The notes: generated from the sequence alone by a model not told the origin. A stretch of 64,000 nt of DNA from Octopus vulgaris (GCA_951406725.2 OX597837.1:23498001-23562000); one strand, 5' to 3'. Numbered from the stretch's first letter, positions 30,377 through 44,541 are shown. Numbers and translations: made by a program.

Positions 30377-30720
30377 TATTACCTCTGCCTTAGCAATGGC
30401 AGAGGTATTGTTTTCAGTCGTGTTTGTTTGTTTGTCAAGAACTGGTGGATGGATTCAAATGAAACTTTCAGGGATGTTAGGCCTTGCGAATGGGACAAAC
30501 TGATTGGATTCCGGGACTGATCCGGTACCAGACAAGGATTCTGGATTTTTTTTTTTTTTAGCTTAATTTTTGAGAGCAGTCAATTTCATTTTTAGTATTC
30601 TCGTTTGTGAGAGCAGTCAAGCTTATTTCAGATATTCTCATTTTAAGATTCCTCTCCAGCTAATCGTAGAGAGGACTTTGGTGTTGCCTTGGCAGAGGTT
30701 TGCACTCTCTGAGGGCTCTT
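30377..30720 (+). mobile_element. Helentron/DINE-like non-autonomous element
   Basis: ttattacctctgcc ... ccttggcagaggtttgcactctctgagggc; homologous to 8560-9078. Confidence 0.65.
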
Positions 30721-30722
30721 GC

Positions 30723-30777
<55 letters not shown>

Positions 30778-30832
30778 GTCGTCGTCCTCGTTGTCGTCGT
30801 CGTCATCGTCGTCGTCGTCGTCATCATCATCG

Positions 30833-30863
<31 letters not shown>

Positions 30864-30868
30864 TATTA

Positions 30869-30932
<64 letters not shown>

Positions 30933-31254
30933 CATTATTATTACTATTGTCAGCTTCCTTAAAAAATGAAAACAGTTTTTGTCTTGTTAGTTTTTGCAGT
31001 GCTTGGGTGATCTCTTCAATTGTTGTTGTTGTTGTTGTTAATGTTACTGCTATTATTATTAAGGCAGTGAACAGGTAGAATTATTAGCTTGCCAGGCAAA
31101 ATGTTTGCCAGCATTTTATGTCTTTATGTTCTGAGTTCAAAATTGTGCTGAGCTCAACTTTGCCTTTCATCTTTTAGGGCCTGATAAAATAAGCACCAGT
31201 TGAGCACTAGGTTTAATGTAATCAACTTACTCCTCCCTCAAACTTGTTGGCCTT

Positions 31255-31746
31255 GTGCTATTTTGGTTTGGCTCAGGTTAGGATTCATTCCTGGTAGAAT
31301 TTATGTGGGTAGCTTGCTACTACTTATAGCCTTAGGTATCTACAAGTTTATAAGGCAGCGAGCTGGCAGAACCATTAGCACGCCGGGTGAAATGCATAGC
31401 GGTATTTCTTCTGCCGTTACGTTCTCAGTTCAAATTCCGCCGGGGTCGACTTTGCCTTTCATCCTTTCGGGGTCGATAAATTAAGTACCAGTTACGCACT
31501 GGGGTCGATGTAATCGACATAATCTGCTTATCTGTCCTTGTTTGTCCCCTCTGCGTGTAGCCCCCTGTGGGCAATAAAGAAATAGGTATCTACAAGTTTT
31601 CAGCTGTCTTTCAAGTGCTTAGAACTCTTCTGATAATCCTTGCTGTCTTTAAGAGACAAACGTTCTCTATGAGCTCTACTGAGCATTCTATTCCAATCTC
31701 CTTCAGCCATTTGTCTATGTCTTTGCTTACTGTTCCCAATACACCA

Positions 31747-31747
<1 letters not shown>
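31255..31747 (-). mobile_element. 5'-truncated Dong-type 3' end interrupted by SINE B (31350-31582)
   Basis: The ORF track shows GVLGTVSKDIDKWLKEIGIECSVELIENVCLLKTARIIRRVLST*, typical of R4/Dong C-termini. TSD taggtatctacaagttt at 31333-31349 and 31583-31599. Confidence 0.8.
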
Positions 31748-31826
<79 letters not shown>

Positions 31827-31834
31827 CATTATTA

Positions 31835-31872
<38 letters not shown>

Positions 31873-32036
31873 GATATTATTATTATTATTATTATTATTG
31901 ATATTATTATTATTATTATTATCATTAAGATCATTATTAAGATCATTATTAAGACCTGTGGAAGGCACACTAGATGCTGAAATATCATTCACTTGATAAC
32001 AATGACACTCTTCTTTTTTGCTATTATTATTATTAC

Positions 32037-32127
<91 letters not shown>

Positions 32128-32178
32128 GTTATTATTATATATTAAAAAGAATTGATGTATCCCTTCACAAAGGTAAAC

Positions 32179-32530
32179 CGTCAAGACGAAGAGTGCGATT
32201 TGATTGTAAGATATTTTATTGGTTGAACGATATTTCAACTGTACGTCTGTCTTTGTCAAGTTCAAAATAAGAAGTGATAAAAATTCAAAATTACAGAAAT
32301 TTAAGCGTAAAGTATGAACGAGAGCAACCAGCGTTCACACGTTGATGGAATGACATCATCAGTTTCTAAATTACAATTTTATAACAGGCGAAAAAGAAAA
32401 AGAAAGGAAAAAAAGAAGACAAATTTTTATCACTTCTTATTTTGAACTTGACAAAGACAGACATACTGTTGTTGAAATATCATTCAACTAATAAAATATT
32501 TTACAATCGAATCGCACTCTTTGTCTTGAC
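32179..32530. mobile_element. Fold-back element with ~105-bp inverted arms
   Basis: 32179-32285 (gtcaagacgaagagtgcgatt...aagaagtgataaaaatt) is complementary to 32422-32530. Confidence 0.8.
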
Positions 32531-32561
<31 letters not shown>

Positions 32562-33115
32562 GAGTGAGAGAGCAGTGCATGCCATCAAAGTGACACTGGG
32601 GTAAAATATACGAAGCCCAATATACCCATCATGACTACCCGTCTGATAAAAGTACACCAGGCACATGCATCACAACCATATGTGCGCGACATGGTGATCT
32701 CATATCAAGATAAACAGCACATGACCTTGCAGGTGGGGCCCAGTTAGAATTTTCTTCAGGTTGAGTAGCCCATTCCGCTCAAAAGGTCCCTGAATAAGGG
32801 TTGTTTAAGGATGTTGAAAGAACCACCCATGTTTCCAGAGGTGAATTATTCAAACCCCAAAGAATCCCTCATAACACATGGCTATGATGCTCCCCCACTA
32901 CTTCTGCTCGTGATCAGAGATGCACATATCGTCAGCCACTAAGGGACATGCTCAACTGGTTAAGGTCAAACAACTGACAAGCAAATCTGTGGTATTGAGC
33001 AGAATATTTGCTGTAGCCCATCTTTTATACCAAGACAAAACAATGTACATGATAACACTTCCAATCAGTTAAGATCAGAAGCCATGAGAGCCACTGCCTG
33101 GTACTGCATCAGGGC
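32562..33115 (-). mobile_element. Family E element, full length, with reiterated terminus
   Basis: Homologous to 25860-26411; terminal ggtactgcatcagggcta reiterated to 33176; (ATT)n on both sides. Confidence 0.85.
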
Positions 33116-33174
33116 TATTAGGTACTGCATCAGGGCTATTATACTGCATCAGGGCTATGGTACTGCATCAGGGC

Positions 33175-33255
<81 letters not shown>

Positions 33256-33299
33256 CATTATTATTATCATTATTATTATCATTATTATTATCATTATTA

Positions 33300-33375
<76 letters not shown>

Positions 33376-33398
33376 CATTATTATTATCATTATTATTA

Positions 33399-33459
<61 letters not shown>

Positions 33460-34729
33460 TATTAATGTTGGTATTGTTGTTCTTGTGGTTATGACTGCAA
33501 CCTGTCAGCTTTGTGTCACTCATAAGCTTCACTTTAAACTGTCTTTTATATTTTTGTTTACAAATTTTTGTGCCATCATACACATCAGGACACAAAGGTG
33601 TGAGGAATCTGAAAACTGTGCTGTATTTCCCCTCCTTGAGGTGGAATTTATTATTGAGTTTGTAAAATTTACACATTATAAAAAACATCAAGAAGACGTG
33701 ACATCAATTTTGCTCACACCAAAATGTCAGAAAAGTGAGGAAAGAGATGTTATCTCCTTTCATATGGTTCAGCATCTTGAATTCTGCTTTCATCACTTCT
33801 CTCTGTTTCATTTTCATTCTTCTTCTTCCACAGATTCCCATTTACCATTTGGCTCACTTACTAATTCTTTAGCCAACCATCATTCTTCATATAACTCTAC
33901 CGGCACAGTCTTTTCTCTTGCACACAATGTCTAATTCCTCTTAAACCCAGTCTTTCTCTCAACTCATATGTCATTCATATCCAGTAACATGACACAACAG
34001 TAAGGTGGCGAGCCAACAGAATCGTTATTGTGTCTAACAAAATGGTTAGAAGCATTTCTTCTGACTTAAATGTTCTGCATTCAAATTCCACCATGGTCAA
34101 CTTTGTCTTTCATCTTTGCAGGATCGACAAAATAAGTACCAGCTGAGCACCGGGGTTGATGTACCTTTGTTACCAACCCAGCTGAAATCGCCTCTGGCTC
34201 TACAGTACAAATGTCTTGTTTTCAGAAGTTTTGAATTAAAATCTTCTACCAAAGCTTAGTCACAATTAATATTCCTAACACTAGCTTAATGATAACTGAG
34301 TTATTTTTCTAAATTCTTTGTTATACTTAAAATAATTGATAGAAACACAGAGCATCTCAAAATAGATACAGTAATGAAAGGGTCAATGTATATAAGGAAC
34401 CCTGTCAAAAATTAGGTTTAAAAAATATGGGAGTTTCTTATACATGGATAGTATTATAATCCCTTACAAAACCATTTTTTTTCCGAATTTTAAACCCCCA
34501 AAATTAGGGTGTTCCTTATACATGTTAAAATACGGTAATCACACTTACTTCCTCACCTGTAACTGCTGGCCTAGTGCCAAAATTTGAAACCATCATTATA
34601 CAACAGTGAAGCATGCTAAATCCATTCTTTCTACTTTTCATATATCATCTGCATTCAATGCCCGTATTTTGCTGCCATGCAGCATCTCACTTCATACGCA
34701 GCATCATGCAGTCTAGCCTTCATCATTAC

Positions 34730-34761
<32 letters not shown>

Positions 34762-34763
34762 CC

Positions 34764-34795
<32 letters not shown>

Positions 34796-36328
34796 CATCA
34801 TCATTAGCATCATCATCATCATCATCACCACCACCACCATCACCATCATCATCATCATCATCATCACCACCATCATCATCAGCAACATCATCACCATCAT
34901 CACCACCAAAACCATCATCATCATTATCATCATCACCATCAAAACCATCATCATCATCATCATCATCACCACCACAACCACCACCACCATCATTATCACC
35001 ACCAAAACCATCATCATCATCATCATCACCACCACCACCACCACCAACACCACCACCATCGCCGCCGCCACTGCCGCCGCCACCACCACCACCACCACCA
35101 TCAGCATCATCATTTCCTTTCTGCTGGGTCAGATAGGTCATCAGAATCTGAGTCATTTCCCATTCAGAGTTATTGCCCTTCTAGACAGGTCGAAAGACCG
35201 CATCTTAGTTATATGTTCCACATTTGGCATGCTTCCTACAGCTGGATGGCCTTCCTGACACCAACACCTTCAAGTGCTTTTTTTTTTTTTCATCTCATAG
35301 CATCAGCACTTGAGAGGTTGTCATGCCCTCAACACATCTACAGGATCTTCTCAACAAAGCCAAAAAGTCATCGTAATGAGACTACAGTGTTCTCTCGACC
35401 CGACATCATCTCCATTTGTTCACCCGACCACTTAATAGAAAATTACTCCACACATTTACTTTACAATAAAAACTCTGAAGTTTGTTTCATTTCAACATTT
35501 CGAGTAGAAAGTTTTCATTTCGATTAAATTGATGGAAAATATTTCAATTCTTGCAGATTTAATTATAGTTTCGATATTAAAAGAAATCAAAATACATTGA
35601 CAAGAAGTTGACGTTTATTTTTATTCTGGGCTTTCTTCACTCAAAAATTTTAAGGGAAAATATTGATTAAAAAGAAAAAAACAAAAACAAAAACAAAAAA
35701 CAAATTAAAACATTTTTGTTTTTAATGTAATTCTATTCTGTTATTGATTTTATTTTATTGTTATTTCAATTATATTTTTATGAATATTTTTTGTTTTTGC
35801 CTTTGCTTATGATGATTAAAATAGTGTATATTTTTTCCTATCTATTTATTACCTGCCAGTCAAAATAACCATCATATTTTTTTTATTATCATTATTATCA
35901 TTATTATCATTATTATTATTATTTTAAATTAATTTGCTTCACAAGTTATTGGCTGCAATAGTTTATTTGGAGAAGCATTAGAATGAAGATCTAACAGTTT
36001 CTTTTTTTGCCTGCTCCTGTCTCCAGCGAGGTTTGGTACACAAACACACACACACACTTGCAATCACACAAACACATATGCACACACACACACACACACA
36101 CACACCCATACACAAACGGCTGTAAAAGTCAAAGTGCTGAATCACGTCATCAACTTCCTAACTACCAACTATTCTGTTGTGTCTCTGGCATGGCTGTGTG
36201 GTTAAGAGAGTAGAGACATGTCTATATAGTTAATAGAACACAGGCAGGTGTGTTTTCTGCCATTTCCTCAGGTTGTTTAATACCTACTGAGTAGAATTTG
36301 AGAGATGCAATCTGTGAACGATGTCTGT

Positions 36329-36457
<129 letters not shown>

Positions 36458-36458
36458 G

Positions 36459-36534
<76 letters not shown>

Positions 36535-36567
36535 CATACATACATATACATATATATACATATATAT

Positions 36568-36772
36568 GCCATGATAGATCGTTAGCTCCTACACGCATTT
36601 TTTTCTCTCCTTGTTTCTCTCCTTGTTTTTTTTTGTGTATCTTTCTGTCGAAGAGCGTAGGCTCGAAATGTAAAAGACTTGTTCTATTTCTATTCCTGAG
36701 CACCATATTAATACATTTGTTTGTTTGTACTCCACCTGCCTTTGTCTTTTGTTTATTTTCGTAAACCCTCCC
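36568..36772 (+). mobile_element. Family G element with hammerhead-like motif
   Basis: tcttt-ctgtcga-a-gagc(gtag)gctc-gaaatgta-aaaga at 36640-36677. Confidence 0.75.
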
Positions 36773-37058
36773 TATGTATGTATGTATGTATGTATGTGTA
36801 TGTGTGTGTATGTTTGTTTCCTTGACTTGTCACAACATGATTGTTGAAAATGAATGGCATTCATTTTCAAAATTCTGCATAAACATAACTAACCACGGGT
36901 AAATATTACCTTATTTGGAAACTGGTAAGGGTTGGCAACAGGAAGAACAACTAGCCAAAGAAAATCTGCCTCAACAAATTCCTTTCAACCCATGAAGCAT
37001 AGAAAGTGAATGTTAAAACAATAATGTTTATATATATATATACATCTATATCTGTATG

Positions 37059-37106
<48 letters not shown>

Positions 37107-37119
37107 TATACGTCTATTT

Positions 37120-37308
37120 GCCATGATAGATCGCTAGCTACTACACATTCTTTGTTTTCTCTCCTTGTTTCTTTCTGTGTTCCTTTCTGTGGAAGAGTGT
37201 AGGCTCGAAACGTTAAAGACTTTTTCACTTTCTGAGCATTAAACTAATACATCTGTTTGTTGTCTACACCATCTGTCTTCGTCTTTTGTTTTTTTTTTTG
37301 TGAATTCT

Positions 37309-37311
<3 letters not shown>
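37120..37311 (+). mobile_element. Family G element with hammerhead-like motif
   Basis: cttt-ctgtgga-a-gagt(gtag)gctc-gaaacgtt-aaag at 37183-37219; ends in (TA)n. Confidence 0.75.
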
Positions 37312-37377
<66 letters not shown>

Positions 37378-37391
37378 CATACATACATACA

Positions 37392-37489
<98 letters not shown>

Positions 37490-39157
37490 AAAAAAACATG
37501 CAAATATGTATGCATGTATAGATGTGCAAGCAACAATGCTATATTATACTAAGAATTGAGCCCTATATGTAGGGAGCATACAGAACCTAGACAGAAATGA
37601 AGCAGATATACTGCTCTGCTGTTATTAGAAACCATCACCCTTTCTATACTGCCAGTCATCACTCACTCTTCCCTGCACCTTCTCTTGTTAGTATGTATAC
37701 ATAATTTTCACCAATGACCACCATTGCCCTTATTTACCACCGGCCAACTTTGCCCCTATTTTTTCCCTCCCTCATTCTCAAACTCCACACATACTCTCAC
37801 AACCTTTACCCATTTTCCTTGATTCTTTTGTCAATCTACTCTCTTTTGTTTACCATCTAGGACATCTTGCCATGGGCATACACTCTAGCTTTTCATTACC
37901 ATCGACTTTATTTGTCTTTCCAGCATCACTACATCCACTATTGAACTATATATAATGCTGGGGGGAGGAGAAGGAAGCCCTAAATCTTTTCATACTCGCG
38001 TAATCCTACTATTTTCTTTATTATTCTCCGACTCACATAAATCCATGACATTACTCATCTTATTCTTATATATAACTCCATTTCCTGAATCTATCTCCAT
38101 TAATCTCTTCATTATAACATTGTTCGAACAATAGACCGGTTCCTTCCGTCTTTAACTTTTCAAAGTTTCATCTTAAGTCACCATCCTCTCTCCTAATCTC
38201 CCTCTCAGTAGTGAAGCCCTTTAGTTTTGAGAGGTACAAAGTAACACCTTTGCTGGTGCAAATAAAGAAAGCACAGTGCACTTTGTAAAGTGGTTAGCAT
38301 TAAGAAGGGCAACCGACCCTTAAAAACCCTGCAAAAATTGAGCCATTGGAGCAAGATGGCGTCCTTTGGCCCACTGAATCATGCTAAACTCTACACTCTA
38401 TGCCAACACAGAAAATAGATAGTGATGATGGTGGTGATGGTGATGAAACATGCATGAAACAGCATGAAGGATGGATTTGGTATTCATAGCCACCCTGTCA
38501 GGGATACAACAAAGCCACAGGACTGCAGCTTGGTAAATTGTGAAAAGGTGGTGGAAGAGCTCATCTGAGTCAATGGTGCTTCTTACAATGATGCTGTGTT
38601 GAGGAATCCTAGAAGATCATCAGAAGGTCAGGATCATCAAACTCTATCAAGAGAATAACTGCAAGTCATCCATCGGAGTGGCATCCGTGGTTGTATAATC
38701 AACTGATGAAGGATTTACTGTGACTCAAAGTCCCAGTTCAAATTTATAATAATAGGATTGGATGACAACAGAGAGCCATGGGAATCTGATATATATATGT
38801 GTGTGTATGTGTGTGTGCATATACATATATATAAATATATAATTATAATAATAAGGGTTTTTTGCAACAAGTTGCTTAAACCACATACCGAAAATATTAG
38901 AAATAGCAGTCAAAGAACTACTATTTCCTTTTACTACAAAAATAAGTCTCCACAGACAACAATATTTGTGACTCACTTATGGCAAAAAAAGAAGAAAATT
39001 AACGAAACCACACAGTCTTCGGATTAAGCAACTTGTTGCAAAAAACCCTTATTATTATAATTATATATATTTTTACCGAATATGGTCCTTTTCCATGCCA
39101 AAATACTACTAGGTGAAATTTATTGATTTTATTAAATTAATTATATTTCACCCTTTA

Positions 39158-39239
<82 letters not shown>

Positions 39240-39539
39240 TAGAGAGAGAGACAGACGGACAGACAGACAGATAAATAGATAGATAGATAGATAATAGAGA
39301 TATATTTGTATATTAATATACACACACAAGCACTCATGCATATACACACACACACACATGCACACATTTATATGTACAGTGAGCTTCTTTTAATTTCCAT
39401 CTAACAACAAACCTACTCACAATCCTTTCAGCAGCCTGGGGCTATATTTAGAAGACATTTACCTAAGGTACCATACAGTGGGATTGAACCCTATCCCATA
39501 AGGCTGGGAAACAAGTTTCTTCTTAACCACATAGCCACA

Positions 39540-39595
<56 letters not shown>

Positions 39596-40042
39596 GTTTT
39601 GTGCGTGTGTTGGTCTTTAGCTGATTTATATTAGACACAGGATGGAAATATTTGGAAGAAAGCCAAAAATCCAGTGCTTTATTTTTTAATTTTGCAAATC
39701 AAGTCCCTTGTGATATTTGTTCTGCAGTGAGCTAACAGCACTCCCTTTACGCTCTTATTATCTAAAACGTAGCAAGTGAGTCAGTTACTGCCCCATTGGC
39801 AACCTGTAACTAATGAGCCGACATTATTTTTATACTGATTGCGATGAAAAATACATAGAATATGACGAATAAATAAATATAATAAAATAAAATGCGTATG
39901 TCTAGTTACTTGAGTTGGCTTTATGACTATTGACACCATTGTCACTTACAGCTGAGTGATTGGTTGGTCAGTGGCAGGAAGGACACCCAATAATCAGCTT
40001 AATAAATTATCAATGCAGAAACAGCTGTGTGTGTGTGAGTGT

Positions 40043-40074
<32 letters not shown>

Positions 40075-40224
40075 TTGTGCGTGTGTCAAAAAGAAAGAGG
40101 GTGAGAGAAAGAGAAACAGAGTTTGAGAGAAGATGAAGAGATAGAAAGTTTTAAGAGGTTTCTTTTCTTTTGCTTGCCTAGCCATCAGCATATTGAAAGG
40201 AGTGCGGAGAGGCATGGTTGTGTG

Positions 40225-41090
40225 GCAAGCTGGCAGAAGCGTTAGCACGCCAGACGAAATGCCTAGGCTGCGAGCTGGCATGATTAGAGGTATTTCGCCT
40301 GCCGCTACATTCTGAGTTCAAATTCCGCCGAGGTCGACTTTGCCTTTCATCCTTTCGGGGTCGATAAATGAAGTACCAGTTACGCACTGGGGTCGATGTA
40401 ATCGACTTAATACCTATGTCTGTCTTTGTTTGTCCCCTCTGTGTTTAGCCCCTTGTGGGTAATAAAGAAATAGGTATTTCGTCTGCCGTTACGTTCTGAG
40501 TTCAAATTCCGCCAAGGTCGACTTTGCCTCTCATCCTTTCAGGGTCGATAAATTAAGTACCAGTTACGTACTGGGGTCGATGTAATCGACTTAATCCCTT
40601 TGTCTGTCCTTGTTTGTCATCTCTATGTTTAGCCCCATGTGGGCAGTAAAGAAATAAGAAATGTTAGCACGCTGGGCAAAATACTTAGTGGTATTTCATC
40701 TGCCATTACGTTCTGAGTTCAAATTCCACCAAGGTCGACTTTGCCTCTCATCCTTTCAGGGTCGATAAATTAAGTACCAGTTACGTACTGGGGTCGATGT
40801 AATCGACTTAATCCCTTTGTCTGTCCTTGTTTGTCATCTCTATGTTTAGCCCCATGTGGGCAGTAAAGAAATAAGAAATGTTAGCACGCTGGGCAAAATA
40901 CTTAGTTGTATTTCATCTGCCATTACATTCTGAGTTCAAATTCTGCCAAGGTCAACTTTGCCTTACATCCTTTCAGGGTCGATAAATTAAGTACCAGTTG
41001 CGCACTGGGGTCGATGTAATCGACTTAATCCCTTTGTCTGTCCTTGTTTGTCCCCTCTATGTTTAGCCCCTTGAGGGTAATAAAGAAACA
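40225..41090 (+). mobile_element. Head-to-tail array of four SINE B units nested in a SINE A head
   Basis: Core gtcgataaa.taagtaccag occurs four times (~40360, 40544, 40762, 40978). The SINE A head ggcatggttgtgtggc (40211) resumes as agaagattgcttcccaacc at 41091. Confidence 0.9.
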
Positions 41091-41227
41091 AGAAGATTGC
41101 TTCCCAACCACATGGTTCCAGGTTCAGTCCCACTGCATGGCAACCCAGGCAAGTGTCTTCTACTATAGCTTTGGCTGACCAAAGCCTTGTGAGTGGATTT
41201 GTAGATGGAAACTGAACGAAGACCATC

Positions 41228-41270
<43 letters not shown>

Positions 41271-42121
41271 TGTGTAGGTATGTGCATATGTGTTTGTGTG
41301 TGTGTGTGCAAGTTTGTGAGTGTATGCATGTGGGTGTATGTGTGTGTGTGAGTATACATGTTTGTGTCTGTATTTGTCCCCATCACCGCTTGTGTGAGTG
41401 TCTGTTTGTGTGTGCGTGCATGTGAATGTGTGTGTATGTATGCACATGTGTGCTTGTGTGTGTGTGTGAGAGTTTGTGAGTGTGTGCATATGTGAGTGTG
41501 CATGTGTGTGTGTGTGTTTGTGTCTGTGTTTGTCCCCCACCACCGCTGGACAACCCATGCAGGTTTGTTTACATCCTCACAACTTAGTCATTTGGCAAAT
41601 AAGAAAAAAACCATTAGAATAAGTGGCAGGCTTACAAAAATGAAAGCACCAGTGTTAATTTTTCAATTAAAACTCTGCAAGGTGGTGCTCCAGCATGGCC
41701 ACAGTTTAAAGACTGAAACAAATAAAATATAACAGATAAAAGTTCAATAAAGTAAAAATGTTGCCTAATAAGAATAAGTTCTTGGGTCGATTTGTTCAAA
41801 TAAAGGCGGTGCTACAGCATGGCCACGGTCAAGACTGAAACAAATTAAAGAATAATATTTATTAGGCAGAAAACTGGTAGAATTGTTGGTATGCTGGGAA
41901 GAATGCTCAGCAGCATTTTGTCCATCTTAATGTTCTGATTTCAGATTCTTCCAATGTAAACTTTACCTTTCATCCTTTTCAGGTTGGTAAAATGAGCACC
42001 AGCAGATCACCAGGGGTCAATGAAGTTGACTTATCTCAGCCCTGAAATTGCTGGCCTTGTGCTAAAATTTGAAATCAATATTAAGCTGAAGGAAGTCAGT
42101 GGACTGACAGAATTGTTAGTA

Positions 42122-42346
42122 AGGGCTGGCAGAAACGTTAGCAACTCGGGCAAAATGCTTTGTGGTATTTCGTCCGCTGCTGCGTTCTGAGTTCAAATTC
42201 TGCCGAGTTGACTTTGCCTTTCAGCCTTTCGGGGTCGATAAATTAAGTACCAGTTACGCACTGGGGTCGATGTAATCGACTTAATCCCTTTGTCTGTCCT
42301 TGTTTGTCCCCTCTATGTTTAGCCCCTTGTTGGCAATAAAGAAATA
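42122..42346 (+). mobile_element. Young SINE B inserted in an older B-like SINE, 13-bp TSD
   Basis: agaattgttagta at 42109-42121 and 42347-42359. Confidence 0.85.
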
Positions 42347-42599
42347 AGAATTGTTAGTACACCAGGCAAAATGCTTAGTGGCATTTTGTTCATTTGTATT
42401 TCTTCTGAGTTCAAATTCTATCAAGGTCAAGCTAACAGTTCTGCCATCTCACTACAGCAGGGTACTTGTGTTGTAGAGTGCTCACCTGAACTGGTTAATC
42501 CTTGCCAATCTTAAGAGGAATCCAGCACGGTAGCAATATATTATGTGGTAAGGTTTCAACATGTATGAAAACCTTTTATCAGATAAAAATAATAATAAT

Positions 42600-42955
42600 A
42601 ATAATGAAATTATTGTATACAGTGCTCAGGTGCACCACAACTTGTCAGAAAGTGCATATAAAGTATATGCAGTAATGTACAAATGTCTGGAAAGTGAACA
42701 ATGTATGAGTCAGATACATGCTTGTGTGTGTATGGAGGGGAGAAAGTCAAGTGTAGTGTTGGCAAATCTCAGAAAGCATGGAAGTTTTGAAGGATGCAGT
42801 GCTCCGACAACTAACAACTGATGCTGGCAGTTTGTTCCATGCTTCAGCAACTCTCAGCGGGGAAAAAATGTTTCCTAAAGTCATGGGAGGTGTGCTGTTT
42901 TCTGACTTTGTAAATATGTCCACGGGTGTTAGACGGGTGGAGTTCGAAAAGGTTA
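42600..42955 (-). mobile_element. CR1-type LINE 3' end
   Basis: Minus: FELHPSNTRGHIYKVRKQHTSHDFRKHFF / LRVAEAWNKLPASVV...SFKTSM, then 3' UTR and (TTA)n tail. Confidence 0.85.
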
Positions 42956-42972
42956 TAACAAAATGTTATAAT

Positions 42973-43148
42973 GTTATAACAAAAACCACAATTCTTGTTA
43001 GATACAACTACCCAGGGTTTCTTGGTTGTAAAAAAAGACATCTGTCAAATGGTCTTGTTATCAGCTTGAAAAATGGCAAAATAAATTATTCCAACCAGGG
43101 AATCCTGGGTAGTTGTATGTAACAAGATTTGTGGTTTTTATTATAACA
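42973..43148. mobile_element. Small fold-back MITE
   Basis: 42973-43027 (gttataacaaaaaccacaattcttgttagatacaactacccaggg) is complementary to 43092-43148. Confidence 0.8.
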
Positions 43149-43159
43149 ATATCTTTACT

Positions 43160-43492
43160 CTCTTAGCTGATCAAGTGTTTTTCTACTTGTTGAAGCCTTA
43201 CCATATGATTCCTGCTCCAGAGTGTTGGCGGCGGGGTCACTCCAAAAAGCTCTATCTGCAACGATTTCCTCTCAATTGAAGGAGAGGGGCTTTCTCTGTC
43301 TGAGTTGCGGATCCATGGAATAAGCTCCCGGACGAGATAGTGAAGATGCCGATGACCGCTCGGTTCAAAGTCTCTCTTGACCAGAAATGGCCTGAACTCT
43401 TTGCATGAACACTCTCCCTGTACATAACTCCATGTGCCCCTACATGGCCTTGCTTTTTGCTTTTTGAGCCAAAAAATTAACTTAACTTAACT
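43160..43492 (+). mobile_element. CR1-type LINE 3' end with (TAACT)n tail
   Basis: RRGHSKKLYLQRF...AFSV*VADPWNKLPDEIVKMPMTARFKVSLDQKWPELFA*, then UTR and ttaacttaacttaac. Confidence 0.85.
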
Positions 43493-43883
43493 ATATATCT
43501 ATTATATAAAATCGTTCTGTCTGTATGTGTGTGTGTCTTCTAGGATCTCGGGCATCCTCTATCTGATTGTTTTCAAATTTGATATGTAGATACCGACGGT
43601 ATCAGGGCGTGTATAAGTCTTGAAAAAATTGCAAAAATCGATTCCAGGTAAGAATGCGATCGATAAAGCCGTGGGAACGTACATTTGTAAAATCGTTTTT
43701 CTTGGAATAGAAAAAAGTCTATCTTTATTTCTTCTTTTGCTGGTGTCTCAAATTTAGGTTAAATCAGTATTTCTCAAAGGGGAGGCCAATGGGATGGTCA
43801 GACAAGTTGTTTTGAGAAAATTTGGCTTAAATGTTTGACAACTCAGCACTGTCCATTGGACGGGGGGGGGGGCGTTTTGCTCG

Positions 43884-43915
<32 letters not shown>

Positions 43916-43987
43916 TATATACATTTGTTTGTTTGTATTCCACCTGCCTTCGTCTTTTGTTTATTTCGTAAACCTTCCCGTTATACA

Positions 43988-44025
<38 letters not shown>

Positions 44026-44487
44026 TTTAAAAATAAGATAAAATCTTTATTAGAAATTATCAAGTAGTTAGCGTGAAAAACCTCGTAAGAGAAAAAATCT
44101 GTAAATTTTTTCAACTTTGAAAATACTTATTTATATTATATAGAGAGTACTATTATTCATAGGTACCGCATGCTAGGAGGGACTTTTGCAGTCAAAACTA
44201 CTAAAATAAACAAATTGTACCGAATGCAAAACTTCAAAGCGAGTCATTTAAAAACAGAATTTAGTTACATATCACCTGTGATTTCGCAATCAATGCAGAA
44301 TATGCATTCTATGCTCCTCAGTGCAACGAATTCAAGACAAGTAAGAAAAAACACATCACATACCCGACAACCAACCGTAGAATTTGCCGCAGAATTCTAT
44401 GAAAATGGCGGGCTTTTCCGCAATGCATTTCAGTAACAACTTGCCTACTCTGAACAAAAATTCAGTATTGAACTATTCCGGTGAAAA

Positions 44488-44541
<54 letters not shown>

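Noticed and set aside
37560-38210. Pyrimidine-rich stretch as a decayed RTE endonuclease on the minus strand
   Set aside because: Only faint motif resemblance; not supportable without an alignment.
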